Origin: Coriobacteriales bacterium
GTDB lineage: Bacteria > Actinomycetota > Coriobacteriia > Coriobacteriales > RUG844
Assembly (NCBI GenBank): GCA_017434185.1
Contig: JAFRFV010000050.1
Location: 1-56,411, forward strand
Reading direction: 5' to 3'
DNA length: 56,411 bases
In this document: positions 16,401 to 29,600 of the stretch, piece after piece
Numbering within the stretch: position 1 is the first letter of the stretch
Layout: every line of letters starts with the position of its first letter
Notes under the pieces: model-generated
Database searches by the model: none
What the model was told of the DNA's origin: nothing
What the model saw: only the letters and a program-made list of their open reading frames with translations
Translations under genes and position numbers: made by a program

Positions 16401-17567
16401 TCAGATGCGCGTACGCGAACGACGCGCGGTCATGCTGATGCTGATAAGCGCGGCGCCAGCGAGCAGGGCAAGCGCTGCGATGGGCGCGGTATCGCCGGTC
16501 TTGGGGGTGCTGCCGTCCTCGGCGTCGCCGCTGCCACCATCGCCGTTGTCGTCGCCGTCGTCGTCGCCGTTGGGTGTGGGATCGGCGTTCTTCTCGTAGA
16601 TAGCGGTGTAGTCATGATCGCCTTCGACGACGAACTCCTCACCTGCTTGAAGCTGAGAGCCTTCCCAATACTTGAACGTGTGGCCGTCAAGCGTGGGGGC
16701 ACCGGGAGCCTTGATCGTCTCGCCCACGTTCGCATCGATGGTGATGCTGCCTCCGGTCTGGCTATCGAGCGTGCCCTCACCCAGGTTGAAGGTGAGCTTC
16801 GCTGGTGTCGTGGTCAGGTACTGGGTATCCGTGACCCTTCCAGACAAGCCGGATGAAGGGTAATCGGAAGACCGCGCCGTGATTACTGCCTCGAACTTAG
16901 CGTCGCCACTATGGATAATAACATCGTAGGGCACCGTATACGGGAAGTCGTGCGTCATGCTTCCGTCGGGAGCAAGAGTCTCGATAAGCCACGACGCTCC
17001 GGAAAGATGGTCGCTGATCAAGATGTCGTTCAAGTTGGCGAGCCCTACATTCTTGACGGTGACCTTCCAATTGATCGTCTCGCCGAATACATATTGGGGA
17101 CCATTACTGGGAGGGTTGGTGGCTTCGACGGTGACGTACAGAGGAGACGCTGGAAGAGTGTAGGATCTTGTGGCGGTGATCTCTTCGTCGGAGAATTCGT
17201 GAGTGGAAGCGGAGAACGTGAAGTCCTTCTCGATCGAACCGGCAAGCGCATCGTCTTGGGTCACAGTATGCGTGAGGGTGGCTGTCATCTTTTCTCCAGG
17301 GGCGAGGTGTGAAAACAACAGGGTTTTGTCACCCTCCTCGTCGGTGACTCCGATATTGACGAGTTCCTGGTAGTCTCCGCAGGTGAAATCCACCTCCCAC
17401 TTGATGACATCGCCAGGGACATAGGCGAAACCATGGAGAGGGTCATCAAGGGGACCCCTCATCTCGATTGTCATACAATCATCCAAGTCTTCGGCAAGAG
17501 CCGAACCTGGAAACAGCACCGCTGCCACCATCAGGCTCAGCAACGCGATGATGAGTCTCTTCTTCAT
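16401..17567 (-). CDS. Sortase-anchored surface protein with two Ig-like (DUF11/DUF7507-like) repeats and an InlB B-repeat-like domain
   Basis: Signal peptide; repeats 'YVPGDVIKWEVDFT..N..VTD' and 'YVFGETINWKVTVKNVG...ISD'; 'PTLDGHTFKYW...YTAIY'; TPKTGD, TM and basic tail. AGGAGG RBS. Confidence 0.85.
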   Translation of the reverse strand: MKKRLIIALLSLMVAAVLFPGSALAEDLDDCMTIEMRGPLDDPLHGFAYVPGDVIKWEVDFTCGDYQELVNIGVTDEEGDKTLLFSHLAPGEKMTATLTHTVTQDDALAGSIEKDFTFSASTHEFSDEEITATRSYTLPASPLYVTVEATNPPSNGPQYVFGETINWKVTVKNVGLANLNDILISDHLSGASWLIETLAPDGSMTHDFPYTVPYDVIIHSGDAKFEAVITARSSDYPSSGLSGRVTDTQYLTTTPAKLTFNLGEGTLDSQTGGSITIDANVGETIKAPGAPTLDGHTFKYWEGSQLQAGEEFVVEGDHDYTAIYEKNADPTPNGDDDGDDNGDGGSGDAEDGSTPKTGDTAPIAALALLAGAALISISMTARRSRTRI

Positions 17568-17606
17568 GCGCTTGGTCTCCTCCTAACTGAGGGTCGGGCC
17601 ACGATC

Positions 17607-20600
17607 TCAGGCACGCTGGCGACGCAGGATCACGGTCATTATCGCAGCAGCGAGCATGATCATGCAGATGAGCACGACGATAGGCGCGCTGTCGCCGGTC
17701 TTGGGCAGAGCGTCATAGACGCCGTTGCCGCCCTCCTTGGCCCAAACCGCCGTGAACGAGTGGCCTGCGATGACCTCGTAGCCATCCCCCGCATAGTAGA
17801 TCGAGCCCAACCAGTACAGGAAGATGTAACCCTCGCGATACGGCAGCGGCAGGATGAAGATGGTGCCTTCCTTGGCGATGATCGTCACGATGCCGGTCTT
17901 GCCATCCCAAGTGCCGCCGGTGAGGTCGAAGCTGAGCTCGAAGTCGGCCGGGTGCATCAGCACGTAGACGTTGCCGAAGTTGGAGCTCACGTCCGCCGTA
18001 CCGGTCTGTTCATCCACGGTCACATCGAAGTAATCGTCCGCACTGCCCACATCACCGTCGGCTTCGAGGTTGAGGTTCTGCGAGTTGGTCGAACCCTGCA
18101 CCGCGCCGCTGGAGTGGATGTTCGCATCACCGCCGGCGTTGACGACCAAGTTGGTGTTGGGGCTCGAGAGGTCGAGGTTGGTGTCGTCACCGGAGTTGCT
18201 GTTGACGTTGTTGGCGTTCACATCGAGCGGGTTGTTGTTGGTACCGATGTTGCCACCGGCATCAAGGTTCACGTTATCCGCCACGACGCCCGCACCGTTA
18301 CCGGTGTCGGCGATGTCCCCGTTGGCGGAGATGTTCGCGGAATCAGAAGCCACCACGTTGTCGATATGGAGATCCTGGGCACCCTGTACGTTGACGTTCT
18401 GGCCAACGATGTCCACGGTGTTGGCGTCGACCACGATCGGATCATTCGAGGAGCCCACATCACCACCGGTGCTGTGGATCGTGACGTTATCGCCCGTGAC
18501 ATCCGCCACGGTGTCGTCACCGTTGTCCACCTGTATGTCACCGCCGGCGACCAGCGTCACGTCATCACCGGCGCTGATCACGCCGGTCGTGAGGTCGCCG
18601 GTGTTCTGCACGTTCACGCCACCGACATCGTTACCGTTCGCATCGCCGTTGATGTTCAGCTGGCCACCGACATCGGTGGAGAGCGGGTTGCTACTGCTAC
18701 CCACGTTGTTCGCCGCGATGTTCAGGTCACCGCCGGTCGTGATGGAGGGCTCGGCGGTGCCGGTATCGGCCAGCACCTGCTCCAGCTCGTCCTTCGCGGC
18801 ATCCAGATCCGCCTGGGTCTGAGCCACGGCCTGTTCGGCGCTAGCGAGGTCATCGGCTTCCTGCTGCACGTGTTCCACAGCGGCCTGTGCAGCAGCAGCG
18901 GCAGCGGCAGCCTGGTCGGCATCCTTCTGAGCAGCAGCGGCGGCAGCGGCAGCCTGGTCGGCATCCTTCTGAGCAACGGCAGCGGTAGCCGCGGCCTTGT
19001 CAGCAGCGTTCTGGGCGACGGTGGCGTCCGCGGCGGCCTTATCAGCAGCGTTCTGGGCGACGGTGGCGTCCGCGGCAGCCTGCTCGGCGACTGCCTGGGC
19101 GGCTGCGATCGCATCCGGATCACCGCCCGCGACAGCGGCGTCGTAGGCATCCTTTGCTGCGACGGCATCAGCAGCTGCCTGGTTGGCGGCGTTCTGTGCG
19201 GCCGCTGCATCCTCCGCGGCCTGGTTGGCGGCGTTCTGAGCGGCCGCTGCATCAGCGGCAGCCTGGTTGGCGGCGTTCTGAGCGGCCGCTGCATCTGCGG
19301 CAGCCTGGTTGGCGATATCCTGAGCTGCGGCGGCATCGGCAGCAGCCTGGTTGGCAGCATCCTGCATGTCCGTGACGTACTGGGCGGCGACCTCGTCGGT
19401 CACATCATCCGGGTCGATGCCCAGCTCATCGGCGATCTGCTGCTTGATATCATCGAGTGCGTCGTTCGCCGCGTTGACGGCTTCTTGAGCATCCTTGACC
19501 TCGTCACGGGCGTCCTCGAGCGCGTCGAGCTTCTGTTGGATCTGGGCGGCGGCTGCGGCTGCGGCGGTCGCCTGGTCGGCGGCGAACTGGGCTTTCTGCT
19601 CGAGGATATCATGCTCGTTCTGCAGGGCATCCAAGGCCTGTTTCGCTTCATCCTCCGCCTGCATGGCATCGGAGAGATCCTTCTGCGCGTCGGAGAACTT
19701 CTGCTGGGCGGCGGCATTCGCATCCGCGGCATCCTGCGCGACGTTGGTCGCAGCTGCGGCGATCGAATCCAACGACTCAGCGGTCACCTGATCCGGGTCG
19801 AGGCCCTCTTCAGCGGCGATTTGCTGCTTGAGGGTCTCGAGCGCCTGCTCCGCGGCCGTGATCCTGTTCGAATCGCCCGATTTCAGCGCATCCGCGAGCT
19901 CCTGCTCGGCGGCATTGAAGTCGGCTGCCTGCTTGTTCGCATGATCGGCAACTGCCTGGGCGGCAGCCGCAGCGGTCGCAGCTACGTCTGCCTCCTCCTG
20001 AGCATCATCCCTTGCCAGCCGCGCATCGCCAGTCGCATCCTTGGCGGCCTCATAGGCATCCTTCAGCTGCTGGAGCCTCTCCTCACGCAGCTCGACAGCT
20101 GCCTGGGCGCTTTCAGCCTGCTGCTGCGCAATCGCGGCTTCCTCGAGCAGTTCGGCGAGCTTGCTCAGCAGCTCGTCCTCGCTCACATCCACCAGGTCGC
20201 CGTTCTCGACCACCAGGTTGGCGGCGCCACCGGCGACGATGGCACCAACGCGCATGTCGCCGTAGGTCTCGGTCAGGTTCACATCACCGCGGGCGACCGC
20301 GTTCACGCTGTCGTCGGCGGTGTTACCCTCACCGTTGGTGTTGATCATGATGGGCTCATCCACGCTACCGATGCTCCCGTTCGTGGCGGTGAGGGTCACG
20401 CCCTGCGCTTCGATGTTGGGCTCGGTCTCACCGTCCGCACGCACGTCGCTGATGGAAGCGGCCGTGAGCTCGGCGGTGCCGGAGGCGAAGATGGTGTTGA
20501 CACCCAGGTCGCCGCTCTTCTCGGTCACATCCACGTCGTCCCAAGCCTCGATCGTGAGCGACGCGGTCTCGCGCTTGTCGTAGGTGGCAACCTGATCGTA

Positions 20601-23600
20601 ATCGACATCCCAGGTGGTGACGAATGCGTCGGTCGCAGCGTCATACGTGACCTTGGGCTCACCGCCCTGGGTCTGGTTCTGGATGTTGCCGATCACCGTG
20701 ACATGCGGCACGCCGGTCTCGATGACGATCGGCCCCACTTCGCCGGCGGCGTTCATCGTGATGTCGTTGCCCTGCACGTTCACGGCCTGGTCAGCGGCGC
20801 CTACGATGCCACCATCAAGGTTGGTCAGGGTCACATCGCCGTACTCCGACGTGATGTTGCCCGCCGTGAGGGTGCCGGTCTGCTGGGTGATCTGGATGTC
20901 ACCCAGGTTCTGCACATAGGCGCTGCCGGTGGACTCGAGCACGCTGATGTCCATGCCGCGCAGGTTGTCGAGCGCGCTGCCGTCAGCCGGCGGATAGTTC
21001 GTGTTCTCCCATGCACCCTGCTCGATGTCCTGCAGGTCCTGCGCGGTCAGGAGCTGGGTGATGACACTGGAGATAAGCGCCTCGTCGATGGCGCCCTGAT
21101 CCTTCTGGTCGGCGATCCAGGCGGCCAGCGCATCGGCGTCGCCCGCAGCGATGATGTCGTCCACCTTCTGGGCGGCGACCTCACTGAGCTCGGCGGGCTT
21201 GACCGCCGCATCATCGGCGGCCAGGTGGTTCACGAGCCAGGTGGCGAGGCCGGCGTCATCGGCCAGGATGCTCTCGATGTAGGCGGCGCGGGCGGCCTCG
21301 TTGGCGGCCTCGAGCTCTTCCGGCGTCAGCGTGTCGTCCACGATGGGAGCGACATCCGCGTCGGTCAGGAGCGCAGCCACCAAGTCCGCGATGGCGGTGT
21401 CATCGAGCGTGCCCTGTGCGATCTGGCGATCGAGCCACTGGGCGAAGCCGGCGGCGTCGTTGTTGTTGACGTAGTCGTCACACGGGTCGGCGGCGGCGTC
21501 GTCCAGCTGGGCGATGACCTCGTCATGGCCCTCGATGCGCTCCAGGATCCAGCTCGCCAGATCCGCGGAATCGCCGCTGACGATGTCCGCGTTGACGGTC
21601 TGGTCGCCCATGTCGCCCATATGCGCGCCGGAGACCTGGTTGCCGTCCTCGTCGCGACCGCTGGTGTTGGGATGGTCGACGGCCTCGTTGGCGGCCTCGA
21701 CACCCACCAGGTAGTAGTCGTTGGCGTGATTGATGTTGAGCGTGTTGTCCTGCGGAAGGTCGACCACCAGATAGTGGTCGGCGCTGTTGATGTCGCCATC
21801 GGAGCCCAGCGTGAACGAGGCGTTGTCGTTGCCGATGATGATGTCGCCGCTCAGGCCCTGTTCACCGTACAGCTCGACCTCGGAGTTCGCGTAGGCCGTG
21901 ATGCTGTCGAAGCTCATCTCGCCGGTTGCGCTGTGGTGGTACTCGGCTTCCTGGGTGACGATGAGGTTCTGTGGCAGACTCACATTGCCATCGGTCGCCA
22001 GATTGACTTTGCCGGTGATGATGTTGCTGTCTCCCTCGAGGGTCTCGAACTCGATGCTCACGTCCGTGTCCGGCGTGTACGGGGCGTTCGTGAGACCGTC
22101 GCCGTACTCGCCCACGTTCGTACCTTCATGGGTGACGATGGTGATCGTGTCGCCCACGAGAGCGGGAGTGGGATAACCGTTGGTGAGCTCGGCGGGCTGG
22201 AAGATGCCGATCTCATCGACGTAGCCCTTATCCATCAGGGTCACCTTGGTGTCCTTGCCCACGATGGTGGAGACCGCATAGGTGCTGCCGTTCTGCTCGT
22301 TCACGGTCCAGGTGTTGGCGGGATTGCCGGGGATGACGTTGCCGTCGGAGTCGACGACTGTACCGTCCTTGAGGGTCTCCTTGACGAAGATGAGCTCACC
22401 GTCCTGATAGCTGTTCTCGATGGTGAGATAGAGGACGCCGGACTCGTTGCTGACCTTGATCGTCTCGGTCGTGATGCCGGTCTGATCGTTGGTGAAGATG
22501 GTCTTCATCGCAACCGCGTCTTCGAGTTCGATGTCCTCGTCGTTGGTCTTGAGGATGAAGTAGCGTCCGTCGACCGCATGCACGACCTCGGGGCTCAGGA
22601 CCTCCAGATAGATGTCATTGGCGGATCCAGCCGTGGTCTTGAGCGTCACCGTGGACGCGCTTGCGCCGCGCGTCACGGGCGTGGTGACGGTGGTGAGTTC
22701 GGCATCGAAGGTGTATGTGCTGCCATAGGGGCGATACCAAGCCTGTTGCACACCGCCAACACTCAGGTAACCGGAGGCGACGTCACGCGGGTCGCAGAGC
22801 TTGTCGAGAGCCTTGAGAGCCTTGTCAGCGTTGCTCACGTTGTTGGCGATCATGCGGGCGAGCCACTGTGCGTAGTTGGCGCTGTCGTTGAGGGCGTTGA
22901 ACGCAGCCTCGTTGCGCTGGTTGACGTTGGAGTACTCGTCCTCCAGGAGCGCGACGTTGATGGCGAAGAGCTTCTTGGTGAGCGACACATCGGGATCCGT
23001 GAAGGACGTGCTGTTGAGGAAGTCCTTCGTGGTGCGGAACAGGATCACGCGTTGCGCCACTTCCATGATGGAGATGGTGCCGTCATCACTGACGCTCGTG
23101 GTGGTGTACTCATCAGCATCGAAGGTCCTGTCGAACCACTCGATGAAGGCGCCCAGATCGGCGGGCTCACGGAAGTAGTAGGTGCCATCGGTGGCGACAT
23201 ACAGGGCCTCGGTGATCTTGTAGCCGGTCTTCGCGGAAGCACTGCTTGCGAAGACGGTGTCACTGGGCAGGCTCACGCTCTTGACGGTGACACCATCGAT
23301 CGGACCGTTGAGGATGAGCTTGGACTCGTTGGATTCGGAGTTGTCGCTGGGCGTGAGCACGAGCACGCTGGAATACGTGGACGTGCTCCCGCTGGTCTCG
23401 ACCCTCTGTTCCACGATCGCATCGGCAGGCAGGAGATCGATGTAGGAGAGCGTCACGGTATACGCGCACTGGAACGCGCGGACACCCGTGTAGCTATGGT
23501 CATCGTCATCGTCGGGATACGTCTTGTAGCAGAAACGCAGGGTGCGTGAATCCCAGTACTCCTCATCGGAATTACCGGTGGGAGCGTTGGGGAGCCAGAT

Positions 23601-26600
23601 CTTCGTGTTGATGCTGTCGCCACTATGGGCGTTCTGGGAGTAGGTGATCAGGGTCGTGCGTTCGCTGTCGTAGGATGCCTTCCAGATCTTGCCGGAAAGC
23701 GCTGCGTAGACGGCCTGGAGATCGGACGATGCGTTCGCTGCAGCGGCTTCATCGACGGAATAGTAGCCGTTCTGGAGAACGATGGCCTCCAGTTTGAAGC
23801 CGTGGTAGTAGAAGCCCGCGATGCTACGGATATAGGAGTGGTTGGTACCACTGGAGGTGGATCCGCCGTAGTTGGGTTTCACGTCCACGCTGTAGCCCGT
23901 ACCCAGGAAGTTCTCGAACTCGATGGTCTCAGGACGCTTGAGCGCATGCTCGGCATTGTTCTCGGAGGGGCAGAGGAAGCCGATGATGATCGTATCGCCG
24001 GTATTCCAGATCTCATCCATGATGAGATGGGCAACGCCCTGTTCATCATAGGTCCAGCCATCCTTGTTATCGGAGCACAGGTTGTAATCGATGTAGTCCT
24101 TGCCAGACGCGATATCGAGGTTCTTCTCGGAGGCCTGCCAGACACCCATGACGACGCCATCGCTGCTGTCGAAGCTGATGAGGAAGATGGGGTGATCGGG
24201 CGCGCTGCTGCCAAACGCAGCCCCGAGCGTATAGTCACCATCGGCGCTGTCGACGGCGGTCAGCTGGTAGTAGGAGATGCTGCCGTAGGTGGCGAGCAGC
24301 GAGGCGGTGAGCTCGACTTCCTTGGGCACCGACTTGGTGATCACGATCATGGAAGGTGTGCCATCTTCGCCGATGACGACGTTGCCATAGTCATCGTATT
24401 CAGGATAGGACTCAGACACCTCGACCGGGTTGCTCTCGTCGTAGACGACGATCCTGCTGCCACCCGTGACGATGTTCTTGAGCCAGTTGCCATCGACACT
24501 CGAGAGCAGCATCTCGAGGGAGGCGCCCTCGCTCACGGTGATCTTGCCCGTCGAGAGATCGAGGGAGACGCCCTCGCCCAACTTGGCAAGCAGGGTGCCG
24601 TTCTGGGAGCTGATCTCGAAGGAGCCCAGCGTCACATCGATGCCACCCTCGATGATGCGGGTGGCCACGCCATCCTGATCGGTGTAGATGTAGGTGCCAT
24701 TGGGTAACAGGAAGATGGATTCGCTGCCGCTCTCGCCTATCTTGTAGGTCGCGAGCGCGTCCTTGTCGAGCGAGATGTTGGTGCTGAGCTTGGCGAGCTT
24801 ATCCACCGTGTACTCGAGGGTGCCCGGGGTGGGCATCGCGATGACGGTGGAGTTCGCTTGGCGGTAGACACTGATGGCGGTGTTGATCACGACATCGGTG
24901 GTGGCACCCCCCACGATGTTGGAGATGAGAACGGTGTTCTCGCGCGGGGCTGCGGCAGGAGGCTCACTGCCCTTGGGAAGCGTGATGATCTTCACGTCAG
25001 TGATGTTCATCCAGATATCGCCTGCCGCGTTGACGGAGGTGCTGGGCTGAGCGTCATCGGCCCAGGTGGAGAAGATGTTCAGGCGGTATCCCTTGTTCAG
25101 GACATCGTCGGTGCCGTTGCCGCCAACGTTCTGCGCTCCGGTGACGACGAAGATGTTCCCCCAAATGGGGGCGACCTGGCCCATGTTGGCGGTGAGAGTC
25201 GATTCGATCTTGGCGATTAGGTCGCCGCGCATCTCCGGATCGGTCCAGATGAAGCTCACGGTACCCGTGGGATTCGCGATGAGGTCGGTCACGATGGCAT
25301 TGCCGTTCGCGTGGTTGGTGATAAGGACCTCCGGGCGGACCGGACCGTTGTTCGCGCCACCCTTCTCACCGGTCTTGTTGGCCGTGGCAACGCTCTTGCC
25401 GTTGACCGTGGGATTGAGGTAGTTGGAGTTCTCGACCGTGATGGCGGCCAGCTCGACGGCGATGCCGATACGGTTGTTGATCCTCACATAGGGGATCATG
25501 TTCTGGTCGTAGACCTGGCTCGCAGGCAGCGGCACGTTGATGACGGTGCCGTTGTAGTTGCGGGCGATATCGAGCGTGCCCTTGATGGGGTTGGAGATGT
25601 CGGACAGACGCACCACGCCGTCCTCACCGGAGGTGATGCTCCAGATGGGACGCTCGCCGCGCAGACCCACCGCACGCACCTTGGGGTCGCTCGCGCTGCC
25701 GTAGATGTCGATCACGATACCGGCGGCTGCGTCGCCAACGTAGAACTTGCAGCTGCTCTTGATGTCCACAGCCGCTGCGATGTTCTTGCTGTCGGGCTTC
25801 TTCGTATTGGGATAGAGGCCGGCGAGGAAGGAGGACTTGTAGCCGTCAGCGTCGGGGTCGTACTTGAGTGCGTTGGTGGAGAGGATGTCGATGTCCGCAC
25901 CGTAGATGGTCGTGGCATCCAGGTTCACGTTGGTCTTGATACTCGACTTCGACAAGATGAAGGCATTGGAGTTGGCTTCGCCAACAGCGTAGATCGCCGC
26001 ATAGCTGCGGGCCACCAGATTCTGGCCACTGGAGCTCTCGCCCACACTCGCGACCGCGGGCGCGCTGCTGGAGCTCACGACGACCGTATCATAACCGCGG
26101 ATGACGCTCTTGACGACCTTCGTCGTGTTCTCGATCACGGCGAGGATCTGGGTGGTGGAGTTGACGGAGGCACCCGCCGCCGCACCGTAGGCGCGGCTGC
26201 TGTCGATGATCTTCATGGTCGAGCTGAGCGAGTCGAGCTTGACGTGACGACCGGTGATGTAGGTGGTATCGCCCGTGCTCGCCCCCACGGTGACGGTGCC
26301 CTTGAGCGTGAGATCGGTGTCGGTCTTCGTGTCGGGGTCGGCGCCGACGCCGCGGGCATCGGTGCTCGCGTAGTTGTAGAAGTACCTGAGCGAGGAATCG
26401 GCGATGATGTCCACTTTGCCGAAGGTGTTCTCGATCGTGACGCCGCTACCCACGGTGGTGGTAGCGGAGGATTCGATGGTGGAATAGGTGCGGGCCTTGG
26501 AGAAGCCCGCGAAGGCCGCAGCTGTCACGTAGGCCTTGTTGACGATCTCGTCCAGGTCGCCAGCGATCGACTTGATGCTGATATCGCCGAAGTCGGCGAT

Positions 26601-29600
26601 GATGCTCGCGCCATTCCCGATGCTGGCGGTGACGTTCCTGGTGATGGTGGTGTGGGCCTGGATCTCGCCCTTGCCACTGAAGACGCCCACGGCATCCGTC
26701 GCCGTGATGGTCTGCTGCTCGACGTTGCCGCGTGCCTGGATGCTCACGCCGTTGTTCGCGAAGAGCTCGGCGTTCTTACCGATCGTCGCGTTGGTGGTCG
26801 TGGTCGTCACCGCCTGTGCGTAGGTCTTGGAGACGCTCACGGCGACCGCGATGATGGTGGCCTTGGCGTCGGAGATGACCTCGGGTTTGGAGTCGGCGAC
26901 GATGCTGATGTCGCCCCCTGCGTTGAGCCTCGCGCCTTCACCCACGCCAGCGCTGGTGAGGAAGTCGGCCTTCGAGATGAACTCGACGTCGACCGTACCC
27001 ACGGAAGCGGAGAGCGAGGTGCCACCGGCTACCTTGCCTTGGGTCGCACCGAAGTTCTCCGCGGTGAGCTCGATATTGCCGCCGGCACTGATGTTGGTGT
27101 CGTCGCCGATCGTGGCGCTGACCGTCTGCTGGTTATCGGCGGAGCCCATGTTGGTGCAGGCGTTCATCTCCTCGACCACGGTGCCGCCGATACCGCCACC
27201 GGAGGTGGTGATGGCGTTGACGTTGGCCTTGGAGTAGCCGTTGATCTTCACGTAGCCGCCTGCCTCGAGGGTGAGCGACTCGATCTTCGCGATCACACTA
27301 TCGTTGGAATCCGCATAGGACTCGAGGTCACCGGTGGTGGCGAGCCCGGAGACCGCAACACCCGCCTTCGCGGTGGCGGTGGTGTTGGCATAGGTCTTGG
27401 ACTCGACCGTGACGTTGCCAGTGGGCCCGTAGTGGGTGGCATCCCTACCGGCACCCGTGATATAGGCCTGGTTGCTGGAGGAGCTCAGGGCCTTGGCGGT
27501 GTTGACCGTGACGTTGGCGAGCAGACCAACGCTCGCACCCGCGGAGGAGCCCACGGTGGAAGTGGCGTTGATGGGGGTTGTCTCGGTACCCAGCAGGGAG
27601 CTGACCTTGAGGTAGCTGGTACTGGAGAACACACCGGCGAAGGTGCTGTAGGCGCTCTGGGCGACGTTCTGGGTGGAAACGGCGTCGTTGACAGCAACCT
27701 TGATGCCCGAGATGTCGTACTTGTAGGTGCGGCCCTCGGTCTCAGCGGTGGAGGAACCCGTGGCGCTGACGGTGAGGGAGCCCTTGACCGCGAGCGTGCC
27801 GCTGCCGGTCAGACCCGCGTTCGCAACGGTGGTGGTGGCGGAGCGAGCGACGTTGACGGTGACCTTGACCACCGAGACCGCCAGGCCGCCGGCGGGGCCG
27901 TTGCCCGCGAAGGAGTTGGAGTCGTAGGTGCAGTCGATGGACGTGGTGCCCACCGTGTTCACACCGCTGACATCCAGGAGCGCCTCGAAGGTGCCACTCG
28001 CGTTGGCGCGCGTGTCGGTCACACCCACGTTCACGAGACTGATGCTCACGAGCGCGGCGGCTGCATCCGCGTTGGCATAGGAGTAGGCCTTGGTGTTCAC
28101 GTTCACGGCACCGGTGCCATTCTGACCCTGGGTGTCGATCGTGGCGCCGGTGATGATCGCGCGGACCGTGGCATCCATGTTCGCCTTGCCCACGCTGACG
28201 GTGATGCCCACCAGGGTGACGGAAACCTTCTGGCCCTTGGAGTTGACCGCATCGCCGTTGCTTTTACCCTTGGGTCCATTGACGCTGATGAGCGAGATGG
28301 CACCGTACTGGGTGGCACCGCTGGAGAGCACGGTGGGAACGTTGAAGTTGGACTTGACGTTCACCGCACCACCGTTGGTGCTGATGCTCGCGTTCTCGAC
28401 GCGCGCCTCCTGCGTGGAATCCACGTAAGCGAGTGCGACGTTGGCATTGATCTTGACGCCACTGATCTCGACGATACCCGGATCGATCGAGGCCAGAGCC
28501 GTGGCACGGCCATTGGCCTGCACGGTGAGAGCGCCATTCCTGACAGAGAGCTTGCCAGCGCCCAGGACCTGGGCGTTGTTGGTGGTCTTGTTCTGAGCGT
28601 AGGCCACGTTCACAGCGATGGCGATCGCACCATTGGCGGAGCCCACGCCCACAGCGTTGGCCTGCGTGATGTTGGGGTTGGTCTCCGCACCGGCGCTCAC
28701 GGTGAGCGAGCCGGTCTCGACCTGCGCGGCGGTCGTATCCACCATAGCGCGGTTGTCAGCGGAGAGCTTGGAGATGTAGACGTTCACGCCTACCGCGATG
28801 GCACCAACGTTGACATCGAGGACCTGGGTCGTGGCCACTGCCGTGAAGTTGCTGTCGATGGCGGTGGCACCTGTCACGACGACGTCCTTGCCGAAGATGC
28901 CCGCGCGCACGAGCGAGTCGTTGCTCACCACGAGCACGTTGGCACCCACGGAGACGCCACCCGCGGAGATACCCAGCGTGAACGCATGTCCGTGGGTCGT
29001 GATGTTGTTCTTGATCGTGAGGGCGCCCACGCTGGCCTTGGCATTGCTGCCTGCGGCACCGGCGATGGGGGTCGTGACCTTGCCCTCCTTCAGGGGGGTG
29101 CTACCCACGTAGGTGAGGATGATGGGATCGAGAACGGCGACGGAAACGCCCACGCCAACGGCGATGGCTCCGACCGTGCCCTTGATGATGTTCGCATGAG
29201 CCGTGACCGTCGCATCGGCGATGACCTCGAGCATGGACACATCACTCATCGAGACCGCCTGGCCCACCAGGGTGTGGACGGTCATATGGTCGACCGAGAC
29301 GGCGACCGCACCATTCACAGCCAGCTCACCACCGGCGATACTGGCTGCGAAGCTGGTGGCATCGAACTCGGTGTTGCTGTTGACCTTGACGGTGCCACTC
29401 ACGTTCTGGATCCTGGCGTTACCCACGATTCCGGAGTAGGCGACACCGTTGCTCACGATGACGGCGGCGCTGGCGGAGACCGCTACCTTGCCGAAAGCGA
29501 GGCCGAAGGTCGCAGTGGCGGCCGTTGGGAAGTGGGTCTCCGCCGTGACGGTCACGCTCGCGGCGCGATCCACGTCGCCGGCGATGTAGGCGTAGGAGTT

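Noticed and set aside
18910-19386. CRISPR-like periodic repeats
   Set aside because: The 42-bp units are contiguous with no unique spacers, lie in frame within a CDS, and no cas genes are present.
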